Assembly (NCBI GenBank): GCA_964016885.1
Contig: OZ024759.1
Location: 26,908,001 to 26,972,000 of the forward strand
Direction: 5' to 3'
Length of the DNA stretch: 64,000 nucleotides
DNA from: Eledone cirrhosa
Taxonomy: Eukaryota
Under the pieces are notes generated by a model, which searched no databases, was not told the DNA's origin, and was given only the letters and a program-made list of their open reading frames with translations. Below, one piece after another: positions 1 through 13,300 of this stretch. The translations under genes were made by a program, and so were the position numbers. Position 1 is the stretch's first letter; each line of letters opens with the position of its first letter.

Positions 1-79
1 TTGTTGGCCAATTTCTCTTATGACGCTCATTATCCATTCTTCTCTGTCTGAATGTTTTCCATTCTAAGTCTATTTGCAT
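1..79 (-). mobile_element. Helitron RepHel N-terminal fragment (runs off the window edge)
   Basis: Identical to 38672-38750, which encodes MQIDLEWKTFRQRRMDNERHKRNWPT. Confidence 0.8.
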
Positions 80-180
80 GGAATAATTATATTCTGTTGT
101 TTATTATGTAATTAAATAGCTCTGTACGATACATAGAGCATTCTTCTTTTCTTTACCTTTTCTATAGAAATACAAGAACA

Positions 181-222
<42 letters not shown>

Positions 223-270
223 TGTATATATGTGTGTATATACATAAACAAGACTGTTATTACTCCAACC

Positions 271-3200
271 AGATGAAACTCTGTCATGTAATGTTATCGA
301 CATATCTGCCCTTGGGGCTAATAATTGTCATGTAATGTTATGGACATCTCTGCCCCTGTGGCTAATAATTCTGTCATGTAATGTTATGGACATCTCTGCC
401 CCTGTGGCTAATAATTCTGTCATGTAATGTTATGGACATCTCTGCCCCTGTGGTTAATAATTCTGAGAGAGATAAAACAAGTGAGGGATTAGAGTGTTGA
501 AACAAGAGAGAGAGAGGAAGAGAGAGAGAGAGCGAGATGAAATGAGACAGGGAGAGCGAGATGAAACGCGAGAGTGAGAGAAGCGATATGAAACGAGAGA
601 GTGAGAGCGAGATGAAACGAGAGAGAGAGAGAGCGAGATGAAACAAGACAGAGAGAGCGAGATGTAATGAGAGAGAGAGAGAGAGCGGGATGGAACGAGA
701 CAGAGAGGAAACGAGAGAGAGAGGAAACGAGAGTAGAGAGCGAGATGAAACAGGAGAGAGAGAGCGAGATGAAACGAGAGGGAGAGAGAGATGAAACGAG
801 GGAGATAGAGATGAAACGAGAGAGAGGAAGAGAGAGATGGAACGAGAGAGAGGAAGACAGAGATGAAACGAGAGAGAGAGAGAGATGAAACGAGAGAGAG
901 AGAGCGCGAGATGAAACGAGAGAGAGAGAGAGCGCGAGATGAAACGACAGAGAGAGAGAGAGATGAAAGGAGGGAGATAGAGATGAAACGAGAGAGAGGA
1001 AGAGAGAGATGGAACGAGCGAGAGGAAGAGAGAGATGGAACGAGAGAGAGGAAGACAGAGATGAAACGAGAGAGAGCGAGATGAAACGAGAGAGAGAGAG
1101 AGCGAGATGAAACGAGAGAGAGGAAGAGAGAGAGCGCCAGATGAAACTCTGTCATGTAATGTTATGGACATATCTGCCCTTGGGGCTAATAATTGTCATG
1201 TAATGTTATGGACATCTCTGCCCCTGTGGCTAATAATTCTGTCATGTAATGTTATGGACATCTCGGCCCCTGTGGGTAATAATTCTGACATGTAATGTTA
1301 TGGACATCTCTGCCCCTGTGGCTAATAATTCTGACATGTAATGTTATGGACATCTCTGCCCCTGTGGCTAATAATTCTGTCATGTAATGTTATGGACATC
1401 TCTGCCCCTGTGGCTAATAATTCTGCCATGTAATGTTATGGACATCTCTGCCCCTGTGGCTAATAATTCTGCCATGTAATGTTATGGACATCTCTGCCTC
1501 TGTGGCTAATAATTCTGTCATGTAATGTTATGGACATCTCTGCCCCTGTGGCTAATAATTTTGTCATGTAATGTTATGGACATCTCTGCCCCTGTGGCTA
1601 ATAATTTTGTCATGTAATGTTATGGACATCTCTGCCCCTGTGGCTAATAATTTTGTCATGTAATGTTATGGACATCTCTGCCCCTGTGGCTAATAATTCT
1701 GACATGTAATGTTATGGACATCTCTGCCCTGTGGCTAATAATTCTGACATGTAATGTTATGGACATCTCTGCCCCTGTGGCTAATAATTCTAAGAGAGAT
1801 GAAACAAGTGAGGGATTAGAGAGAGATAAAAAAGTGAGGGATTAGAGTGTTGAAACAAGAGAGAGAGAGGAAGAGAGAGAGAGAGAGCGAGATGAAATGA
1901 GACAGGGAGAGCGAGATGAAACGAGACAGAGAGGAAACGAGAGAGAGGAGACGAGAGTAGAGAGCGAGATGAAACAGAAGAGAGAGAGCGAGATGAAACG
2001 AGAGGGAGAGAGAGATGAAACGAGTGAGCGAGAGAGAGATGAAACGAGGGAGATAGAGATGAAACGAGAGAGAGGAAGAGAGAGATGGAACGAGAGAGAG
2101 GAAGAGAGAGAGGAAGACAGAGATGAAACGAGAGAGAGAGAGAGCGAGATGAAATGAGAGAGAGAGAGCGCGAGATGAAACGAGAGAGAGAGAGCGCGAG
2201 ATGAAACGACAGAGAGAGAGACAGATGAAAGGAGGGAGATAAAGATGAAACGAGAGAGAGGAAGAGAGAGATGGAACGAGAGAGAGGAAGAGAGAGAGGA
2301 AGACAGAGATGAAACGAGAGAGAGAGAGAGCGAGAGGAAACGAGAGAGAGAGAGCGCAAGATGAAACGAGAGAGAGAGAGCGCGAGATGAAACTCTGTCA
2401 TGTAATGTTATTGACATATCTGCCTCTGTGGCTAATAATTGTCATGTAATGTTATGGTCATCTCTGCCCCTGTGGCTAATAATTCTGTCATGTAATGTTA
2501 TGGACATCTCTGCCCCTGTGGTTAATAATTCTGACATGTAATGTTATGGTCATCTCTGCGCCTGTGGCTAATAATTCTGAGAGAGATGAAACAAGTGAGG
2601 GATTAGAGTGTTGAAACAAGAGAGAGAGAGCGAGATGAAATGAGAGAGTGTGAGCGAGATGAAACGAGACAGGGAGAGCGAGATGAAACGAGAGAGTGAG
2701 AGCGAGATGAAACGAGAGAGTGAGAGCGAGATGAAACGAGAGAGAGAGAGCGAGATGAAATGAGAGAGAGAGAGCGAGATGAAATGAGAGAGAGAGAGCG
2801 AGATGAAACGAGACAGAGAGAGAACGAGATGAAACGAGAGAGTGAGAGCGAGATGAAACGAGAGAGAGAGAGCGAGATGAAACGGGAGGGAGAGAGAGAT
2901 GAAACGAGAGAGAGTGGAAACGAGAGTAGAGAGCGAGATGAAACAGGAGAGAGAGAGAGCGAGATGAAACAGGAGAGAGAGAGCGAGATGAAACGAGAGG
3001 GAGAGAGAGATGAAACGAGAGAGCGAGAGAGAGATGAAACGAGGGAGATAGAGATGAAACGAGAGAGAGGAAGAGAGAGATGGAACGAGAGAGAGGAAGA
3101 TAGAGATGGAACGAGAGAGAGGAAGACAGAGATGAAACGAGAGAGAGAGAGAGCGAGATGAAACAGGAGAGAGAGAGCGAGATGAAACGAGAGGGAGAGA

Positions 3201-6200
3201 GAGATGAAACGAGAGAGCGAGAGAGAGATGAAACAAGGGAGATAGAGATGAAACGAGAGAGAGGAAGAGAGAGATGGAACGAGAGAGAGGAAGAGAGAGA
3301 TGGAACGAGAGAGAGGAAGACAGAGATGAAACGAGAGAGCGAGATGAAACGAGAGAGAGAGAGAGCGAGAAGAAACGAGAGAGAGGAAGAGAGAGAGCGC
3401 CAGATGAAACTCTGTCATGTAATGTTATGGACATATCTGCCCTTGGGGCTAATAATTGTCATGTAATGTTATGGACATCTCTGCCCCTGTGGCTAATAAT
3501 TCTGAGAGAGATGAAACAAGTGAGGGATTAGAGAGAGATAAAACAAGTGAGGGATTAGAGTGTTAAAACAAGAGAGAGAGAGAGCGAGATGAAACGCGAT
3601 AGTGAGAGAAGCGAGATGAAACGAGAGAGTGAGAGCGAGATGAAACGAGAGAGAGAGAGAGCGAGATGAAACGAGACAGAGAGAGCGAGATGTAATGAGA
3701 GAGAGAGCGAGCGGGATGGAACGAGACAGAGAGGAAACGAGAGTAGAGAGCGAGATGAAACGAGAGGGAGAGAGAGATGAAACGAGAGAGCGAGAGAGAG
3801 ATGAAACGAGGGAGATAGAGATGAAATGAGAGAGAGGAAGAGAGAGATGGAACGAGAGAGAGGAAGACAGAGATGAAACGAGAGAGAGAGAGAGCGAGAT
3901 GAAACGAGACAGAGAGAGCGCGAGATGAAACGAGAGAGAGAGAGCACGAGATGAAACGACAGAGAGAGAGACAGATGAAAGGAGGGAGATAGAGATAAAA
4001 CGAGAGAGAGGATGAGAGAGATGGAACGAGAGAGAGGAAGAGAGAGATGGAACGAGAGAGAGGAAGACAGAGATGAAACGAGAGAGAGAGAGAGCAAGAT
4101 GAAACGAGAGAGAGAGAGCGCGAGATGAAACTCTATCATGTAATGTTATTGATATATCTGCCCCTGTGGCTAATAATTGTCATGTAATGTTATGGTCATC
4201 TCTGCCCCTGTGGCTAATAATTCTGTCATGTAATGTTATGGACGTCTCCGCCCCTGTGGCTAATAACTCTGACATGTAATGTTATGGACATCTCTGCCCT
4301 GTGGCTAATAATTCTGACATGTAATGTTATGGACATCTCTGCCCCTGTGGCTAATAATTCTGAGAGAGATGAAACAAGTGAGGGATTAGAGAGAGATAAA
4401 ACAAGTGAGGGATTAGAGTGTTGAAACAGGAGAGAGAGAGCGAGATGAAACGCGATAGTGAGAGAGGCGAGATGAAACGAGAGAGTGAGAGCGAGATGAA
4501 ACGGGACAGAGAGAGCGAGATGTAATGAGAGAGAGAGAGAGCGGGATGGAACGAGACAGAGAGGAAACGAGAGTAGAGAGCGAGATGAAACGAGAGGGAG
4601 AGAGAGATGAAACGAGAGAGCGAGAGAGAGATGAAACGAGGGAGATAGAGATGAAACGAGAGAGAGGAAGAGAGAGATGGAACGAGAGAGAGGAAGACAG
4701 AGATGAAAAGAGAGAGAGAGAGAGCGAGATGAAACGAGAGAGAGAGAGCGCAAGATGAAACGAGAGAGAGAGAGCGCGAGATGAAACGACAGAGAGAGAG
4801 ACAGATGAAAGGAGGGAGATAGAGATGAAACGAGAGAGAGGAAGAGAGAGATGGAACGAGAGAGAGGAAGACAGAGATGAAACGAGAGAGAGAGCGAGAT
4901 GAAACGAGAGAGAGGAAGAGAGAGAGCGCGAGATGAAACTCTCTCATGTAATGTTATCGACATATCTGCCCTTGGGGCTAATAATTGTCATGTAATGTTA
5001 TGGACATCTCTGCCCCTATGGCTAATAATTCTGTCATGTAATGTTATGGACATCTCTGCCCCTGTGGCTAATAATTCTGTCATGTAATGTTATGGACATC
5101 TCTGCCCCTGTGGCTAATAATTCTGACATGTAATGTTATGGACATCTCTGCCCCTGTGGCTAATAATTCTGCCATGTAATGTTATGGACATCTCTGCCCT
5201 GTGGCTAATAATTCTGACATGTAATGTTATGGACATCTCTGCCCCTGTGGCGAATAATTCTGAGAGAGATGAACCAAGTGAGGGATTAGAGAGAGATAAA
5301 ACAAGTGAGGGATTAGAGTGTTGAAACAAGAGAGAGAGAGGAAGAGAGAGAGAGAGCGAGATGAAACAAGAGAGTGAGAGAAGCGAGATGAAACGAGAGA
5401 GTGAGAGCGAGATCAAACGAGAAAGAGAGACAGCGAGATGAAACGAGACAGAGAGGAAACGAGAGAGAGAGGAAATGAGAGAGAGGAAACGAGAGTAGAG
5501 AGCGAGATGAAACAGGAGAGAGAGAGCGAGAAGAAACGAGCGGGAGAGAGAGATGAAACGAGAGAGCGAGAGAGAGATGAAACGAGGGAGATAGAGATGA
5601 AACGAGAGAGAGGAAGAGAGAGATGGAACGAGAGAGAGGAAGACAGAGATGAAACGAGAGAGAGAGAGAGCGAGATAAAACGAGACAGAGAGAGCGCGAG
5701 ATGAAACGAGAGAGAGAGAGCGCGAGATGAAACGACAGAGAGAGAGACAGATGAAAGGAGGGAGATAGAGATGAAACGAGAGAGAGGATGAGAGAGATGG
5801 AACGAGAGAGAGGAAGAGAGAGATGGAACGAGAGAGAGGAAGACAGAGATGAAACGAGAGAGAGAGCAAGATGAAACGAGAGAGAGAGAGCGCAAGATGA
5901 AACGAGAGAGAGAGAGCGCGAGATGAAACTCTGTCATGTAATGTTATTGACATATCTGTCCCTGTGGCTAATAATTGTCATGTAATGTTATGGTCATCTC
6001 TGCCCCTGTGGCTATTAATTCTGTCATGTAATGTTATGGACATCTCTGCCCTTGTGGCTAATAATTCTGAGATATATTAAACAAGTGAGGGATTAGAGTG
6101 TTGAAACAAGAGAGAGAGAGCGAGAAGAAATGAGAGAGTGAGAGCGGGATGAAATGAGAGAGAGAGAGCGAGATGAAACGGGAGGGAGAGAGAGATGAAA

Positions 6201-7302
6201 CGAGAGAGAGAGGAAACGAGAGTAGAGAGCGAGATGAAACAAGAGAGAGAGAGAGCGAGATGAAACAGGAGAGAGAGAGCGAGATGAAACGAGAGGGAGA
6301 GAGAGATGAAACGAGAGAGCGAGAGAGAGATGAAACAAGGGAGATAGAGATGAAACGAGAGAGAGGAAGAGAGAGATGGAACGAGAGAGAGGAAGAGAGA
6401 GATGGCACGAGAGAGAGGAAGACAGAGATGAAACGAGAGAGAGAGAGCGAGATGAAACGAGAGAGAGAGAGCGCGACATGAAACGAGAGAGAGAGAGCGC
6501 TAGATGAAACGACAGAGAGCGAGACAGATGAAAGAAGGGAGATAGAGATGAAACGAGAGAGAGGAAGAGAGAGATGGAACGAGAGAGAGGAAGACAGAGA
6601 TGAAACGAGAGAGAGAGAGAGCAAGATGAAACGAGAGAGAGAGAGAGCGCAAGATGAAACGAGAGAGAGGAAGAGAGAGATGGAACGAGAGAGATGGCAC
6701 GAGAGAGAGGAAGACAGAGATGAAACGAGAGAGAGAGAGCGAGATGAAACGAGAGAGAGAGCGCAAGATGAAACGAGAGAGAGAGTGCGCGATATGAAAC
6801 GACAGAGAGAGAGACAGATGAAAGAACGGAGATAGAGATGAAACGAGAGAGAGGAAGAAAGAGATGGAACGAGAGAGAGGAAGAGAGAGATGGAAGGAGA
6901 GAGAGGAAGACAGAGATGAAACGAGAGAGAGAGAGAGCGAGATGAAACGAGAGAGAGGAAGACAGAGATGAATCGAGAGAGAGGGAGAGCGAGATGAAAC
7001 GAGAGGGAGAGCGCGCAAGATGAAACTCTGTCATGTAATGTTATTGACATATCTGCCCCTGTGGCTAATAATTGTCATGTAATGTTATGGTCATCTCTGC
7101 CCCTGTGGCTAATAATTCTGTCATGTAATGTTATGGACATCTCTGCCCCTGTGGCTAATAATTCTGACATGTAATGTTATGGACATCTCTGCCCTTGTGG
7201 CTAATAAATCTGACATGTAATGTTATGGAAATCTCTGCCCCTGTGGCTAATAATTCTGTCATGTAATGTTATGGAAATCTCTGCCCCTATGGCTAATAAA
7301 TC
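271..7302 (+). repeat. Composite satellite, left arm: arrays of a 46-bp unit (TCATGTAATGTTATGGACATCTCTGCCCCTGTGGCTAATAATTCTG) alternating with 7 GA-rich blocks built on GAGATGAAAC-(GA)n
   Basis: 46-bp periodicity is directly readable (e.g. taatg at 1201 and 1247). GA blocks at ~464-1150, 1792-2395, 2579-3412, 3503-4135, 4362-4942, 5262-5932 and 6069-7030 have conserved entry (aaacaagtgagggattagag) and exit (gatgaaactctgtcatg) junctions, and a 44-bp variant monomer follows each block. Confidence 0.95.
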
Positions 7303-10300
7303 AGAATTATTAGCCACAGGGGCAGAGATGTCCATAACATTACATGTCAGAATTATTAGCCACAGGGGCAGAGATGTCCATAACATTACATGACAGATTT
7401 ATTAGCCACAGGGGCAGAGATGTCCATAACATTACATGTCAGATTTATTAGCCACAGGGGCAGAGATGTCCATAACATTACATGTCAAAATTATTAGCCA
7501 CAGGGGCAGAGATGTCCATAACATTACATGACAGATTTATTAGCCACAGGGGCAGAGATGTCCATAACATTACATGACAGAATTATTAGCCACAGGGGCA
7601 GAGATGTCCATAACATTACATGACAGAATTATTAGCCACAGGGGCAGAGATTTCCATAACATTACATGACAATTATTAGCCCCAAGGGCAGATATGTCCA
7701 TAACATTACATGACAGACTTTCATCTCGCGCTCTCTCTCTCTCGTTTCATCTCACGCTCTCTCTCTTCCTCTCTCTCGTTTCATCTCGCGTTCTCTCTCT
7801 TCCTCTCTCTCGTTTCATCTCGCTCTCTCTCTCGTTTCATCTCTGTCTTCCTCTCTCTCGTTCCATCTCTCTCTTCCTCTCTCTCGTTCCATCTCTCTCT
7901 TCCTCTCTCTCGTTTCATCTCTCTCTCTCGTTTCATCTCTATCTCCCTCGTTTCATCTGTCTCTCTCTCTGTCGTTTCATCTCCCTCTATCTCTCTCTCG
8001 CTCTCTCGTTTCATCTCTCTCTCCCTCTCGTTTCATCTCGCTCTCTCTCTCCTGTTTCATCTCGCTCTCTCTCTCCTGTTTCATCTCGCTCTCTACTCTC
8101 GTTTCCTCTCTCTCGTATCCTCTCTCTCGTTTCCTCTCTCTCTCGTTTCCTCTCTCTCTCGTTTCCTCTAGCTCTCACTCTCTCGTTTCATCTCGCTCTC
8201 TCTCTCTCATTTCATCTCGCTCTCTCTCTCTCGTTTCATCTCGCTCTAACCTGTCTCGTTTCATTTCGCTCTCTCTCTCTCTCGTTTCATTTCGCTCTCT
8301 CTGTCTCATTTCATCTCGCTCTCTCTCTCTCATTTCAACTCGCTCTCTCTCTCTCATTTCATCTCGCTCTCTCTCTCTCGTTTCATATCGCTCTCACTCT
8401 CTCATTTCATCTCGCTCTCTCTCTCTCGTTTGATCTCGCTCTCACTCTCTCTTCCTCTCTCTCTCTTGTTTCAACACTCTAATCCCTCACTTGTTTCATC
8501 TCTCTCTTATCCCTCACTTGTTTCATCTCTCTCAGAATTATTAGCCACAGGGGCAGAGATATCCATAACATTACATGTCAGAATTATTAGCCACAGGGGC
8601 AGAGATGTCCATAACATTACATGACAGATTTATTAGCCACAGGGGCGGAGATGTCCATAACATTACATGACGAATTTATTAGCCACAGGGGCAGAGATGT
8701 CCATAACATTACATGACAGAATTATTAGCCACAGGGGCAGAGATGTCCATAACATTACATGACAGAATTATTTGCCACAGGGGCAGAGATGTACATAACA
8801 TTACATGACAATTATTAGCCCCAAGGGCAGATATGTCCATAACATTACATGACAATTATTAGCCCCAAGGGCAGATATGTCCATAACATTACATGACAGA
8901 CTTTCATCTCGCGCTCTCTCTCTTCCTCTCTCTCGTTTCATCTCGCTCTCTCTCTCTCGTTTCATCTCGCTCTCTCTCTCTCTCGTTTCATCTCGCGCTC
9001 TCTCTCTTCCTCTCTCTCGTTTCATCTCGCTCTCTCTCTCGTTTCATATCTGTCTTCCTCTCTCTCGTTCCATCTCTCTATCCCTCTCTCTCTCGTTTCA
9101 TCTAGCTATCACTCTCCCGTTTCATCTCCCTCTATCTCTCTCTCGCTCTCTCGTTTCATCTCTCCCTCCCTCTCATTTCATCTCGCTCTCTCTCTCCGGT
9201 TTCATCTCGCTCTCTCTCTCTCCTGTTTCATCTTGCTCTCTACTCTCGTTTCCTCTCTCTCGTTTCCTCTCTCTCGTTTCCTCTATCTCTCGTTTCCTCT
9301 CTCTCTCGTTTCATCTAGCTCTCACTCTCTCGTTTCATCTCGCTCTCTCTGACTCGTTCCATCTCGCTCTCACTCTCTCGTTTCATCTCGCTCTCTCTCT
9401 CTCATTTCATCTCGATCTCTCTGTCTCGTTTCATCCCGCTCTCTCTGTCTCGTTTCATCTCGCTCTCTCTCTCTCATTTCATCTCGCTCTCTCTCTCTCA
9501 TTTCATCTCGCTCTCTCTCTCTCTCTCGTTTCATCTCACTCTCAATCTCTCATTTCATCTCGCTCTCTCTCTCTCATTTCATCTCGCGCTCTCTCTCTTC
9601 CTCTCTCTCGTTTCATCTCGCTCTCTCTCTCTTCCTCTCTCTCGTTTCATCTCGCTCTCTCTCTCTCGTTTCATCTTGCGCTCTCTCTCTTCCTCTCTCT
9701 CGTTTCATCTCGCGCTCTCTCTCTTCCTCTCTCTCGTTTCATCTTGCTCTCTCCCTCTCTCGTTTCATCTCGCGTTCTCTCTCTTCCTCTCTCTCGTTTC
9801 ATCTCTGTCTTCCTCTCTCTCGTTCCATCTCTCTCTTCCTCTCTCTCGTTCCATCTCTCTCTTCCTCTCTCTCGTTTCATCTCTCTCTCTCGTTTCATCT
9901 CTATCTCCCTCGTTTCATCTGTCTCTCTCTCTGTCGTTTCATCTCGCTCTATCTCTCTCTCGCTCTCTCGTTTCATCTCTCTCTCCCTCTCGTTTCATCT
10001 CGCTCTCTCTCTCCTGTTTCATCTCGCTCTCTCTCTCCTGTTTCATCTCGCTCTCTACTCTCGTTTCCTCTCTCTCGTATCCTCTCTCTCGTTTCCTCTC
10101 TCTCTCGTTTCCTCTCTCTCTCGTTTCCTCTAGCTCTCACTCTCTCGTTTCATCTCGCTCTCTCTCTCTCATTTCATCTCGCTCTCTCTCTCTCGTTTCA
10201 TCTCGCTCTAATCTGTCTCGTTTCATTTCGCTCTCTCTCTCTCTCGTTTCATTTCGCTCTCTCTGTCTCGTTTCATCTCGCTCTCTCTCTCTCATTTCAA

Positions 10301-13300
10301 CTCGCTCTCTCTCTCTCATTTCATCTCGCTCTCTCTCTCTCGTTTCATATCGCTCTCACTCTCTCATTTCATCTCGCTCTCTCTCTCTCGTTTGATCTCG
10401 CTCTCACTCTCTCTTCCTCTCTCTCTCTTGTTTCAACACTCTAATCCCTCACTTGTTTCATCTCTCTCTTATCCCTCACTTGTTTCATCTCTCTCAGAAT
10501 TATTAGCCACAGGGGCAGAGATATCCATAACATTACATGTCAGAATTATTAGCCACAGGGGCAGAGATGTCCATAACATTACATGACAGATTTATTAGCC
10601 ACAGGGGCGGAGATGTCCATAACATTACATGACGAATTTATTAGCCACAGGGGCAGAGATGTCCATAACATTACATGACAGAATTATTAGCCACAGGGGC
10701 AGAGATGTCCATAACATTACATGACAGAATTATTTGCCACAGGGGCAGAGATGTACATAACATTACATGACAATTATTAGCCCCAAGGGCAGATATGTCC
10801 ATAACATTACATGACAATTATTAGCCCCAAGGGCAGATATGTCCATAACATTACATGACAGACTTTCATCTCGCGCTCTCTCTCTTCCTCTCTCTCGTTT
10901 CATCTCGCTCTCTCTCTCTCGTTTCATCTCGCTCTCTCTCTCTCTCGTTTCATCTCGCGCTCTCTCTCTTCCTCTCTCTCGTTTCATCTCGCTCTCTCTC
11001 TCTCTCGTTTCATATCTCTCTTCCTCTCTCTCGTTCCATCTCTCTATTCCTCTCTCTCTCGTTTCATCTAGCTATCACTCTCTCGTTTCATCTCCCTCTA
11101 TCTCTCTCTCGCTCTCACGTTTCATCTCTCCCTCCCTCTCATTTCATCTCGCTCTCTCTCTCCGGTTTCATCTCGCTCTCTCTCTCTCCTGTTTCATCTT
11201 GCTCTCTACTCTCGTTTCCTCTCTCTCGTTTCCTCTCTCTCGTTTCCTCTCTCTCTCATTTCCTCTCTCTCTTGTTTCATCTAGCTCTCACTCTCTCGTT
11301 TCATCTCGCTCTCTCTGACTCGTTCCATCTCGCTCTCACTCTCTCGTTTCATCTCGCTCTCTCTCTCTCATTTCATCTCGCTCTCTCTCTCTCATTTCAT
11401 CTCGATCTCTCTGTCTCGTTTCATCCCGCTCTCTCTGTCTCGTTTCATCTCGCTCTCTCTCTCTCATTTCATCTCGCTCTCTCTCTCTCATTTCATCTCG
11501 CTCTCTCTCTCTCTCTCGTTTCATCTCACTCTCAATCTCTCATTTCATCTCGCTCTCTCTCTCTCATTTCATCTCGCGCTCTCTCTCTTCCTCTATCTCG
11601 TTTCATCTCGCGCTCTCTCTCTTCCTCTCTCTCATTTCATCTCGCTCTCTCTCTCTCGTTTCATCTTGCGCTCTCTCTCTTCCTCTCTCGTTTCATCTCG
11701 CTCTCTCTCTCTCATTTCATCTCGATCTCTCTGTCTCATTTCATCCCGCTCTCTCTGTCTCGTTTCATCTCGCTCTCTCTCTCTCATTTCATCTCGCTCT
11801 CTCTCTCTCTCATTTCATCTCGCGCTCTCTCTCTTCCTCTCTCTCGTTTCATCTCGCGCTCTCTCTCTTCCTCTCTCTCGTTTCATCTCGCTCTCTCTCT
11901 CTCTCGTTTCATCTTGCGCTCTCTCTCTTCCTCTCTCTCGTTTCATCTCGATCTCTCTCTGTCTCGTTTCATCTCTGTCTTCCTCTCGCTCGTTCCATCT
12001 CTCTCTTCCTCTCTCTCGTTCCATCTCTCTCTTCCTCTCTCTCGTTTCATCTCTGTCTTCCTCTCTCTCGTTCCATCTCCCTCTTCCTCTCTCTCGTTCC
12101 ATCTCTCTCTTCCTCTCTCTCGTTTCATCTCTCTCTCTCGTTTCATCTCTATCTCCCGCGTTTCATCTGTCTCTCTCTCTGTCGTTTCATCTCCCTCTAT
12201 CTCTCTCTCGCTCTCTCGTTTCATCTCTCTCTCCCTCTCGTTTCATCTCGCTCTCTCTCTCCTGTTTCATCTCGCTCTCTCTCTCCTGTTTCATCTCGCT
12301 CTCTCTCTCCTGTTTCATCTCGCTCTCTACTCTCGTTTCCTCTCTCTCGTTTCGTCTCTCTCGTTTCCTCTCTCTCTCGTTTCATCTAGCTCTCCCACTC
12401 TCGTTTCATCTCGCTCTCTCTGTCTCGTTCCATCTCGGTCTCACTCTCTCGTTTCATCTCGCTCTCTCTCTCTCATTTCATCTCGCTCTCTCTCTCTCAT
12501 TTCATCTCGCTCTCTCTCTCTCTCGTTTCATCTCGCTCTCTCTGTCTCGTTTCATCTCGCTCTCGCTCTCTCTGTCTCGTTTCATCCCGCTCTCTCTCTC
12601 TCATTTCATCTCGCTCTCTCTCTCTCATTTCATCTCGCTCTCTCTCTCTCTCTCGTTTCATCTCGCTCTCACTCTCTCATTTCATCTCGCTCTCTCTCGT
12701 TTGATTTCGCTCTCACTCTCTCTTCCTCTCTCTCTCTCTTGTTTCAACACTCTAATCCCTCACTTGTTTCATCTCTCTCAGAATTATTAGCCACAGGGGC
12801 AGAGATGTCCATAACATTACATGTCAGAATTATTAGCCACAGGGGCAGAGATGTCCATAACATTACATGACAGATTTATTAGCCACAGGGGCAGAGATGT
12901 CCATAACATTACATGACGAATTTATTAGCCACAGGGTCAGAGATGTCCATAACATTACATGTCAGAATTATTAGCTACAGGGGCAGAGATGTCCATAACA
13001 TTACATGTCAGAATTATTAGCCACAGGGGCAGAGATGTCCATAACATTACATGACAGATTTATTAGCCACAGGGGCAGAGATGTCCGTAACATTAAATGA
13101 CAGATTTATTAGCCACAGGGGCAGAGATTCCATAACATTACATGTCAGAATTATTAGCCACAGGGGCAGAGATTTCCATAACATTACATGACAGAATTAT
13201 TAGCCACAGGGGCAGAGATGTCCATAACATTACATGACAGAATTATTAGCCACAGGGGCAGAGATGTCCATAACATTACATGACAATTATTAGCCCCAGG

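Noticed and set aside
480-495. gtgagggattag as a telomere-like repeat
   Set aside because: It is a non-tandem motif, once or twice per module, with no (TTAGGG)n run.
1150-1790. 46-bp array as a CRISPR array
   Set aside because: Monomers are directly adjacent with no unique spacers, there are no cas genes, and the context is eukaryotic.
7291-7315. Strand flip as a sequencing fold-back artefact
   Set aside because: The same junction recurs at 41747 and the arms are diverged rather than exact mirrors; read-level confirmation is still advisable.
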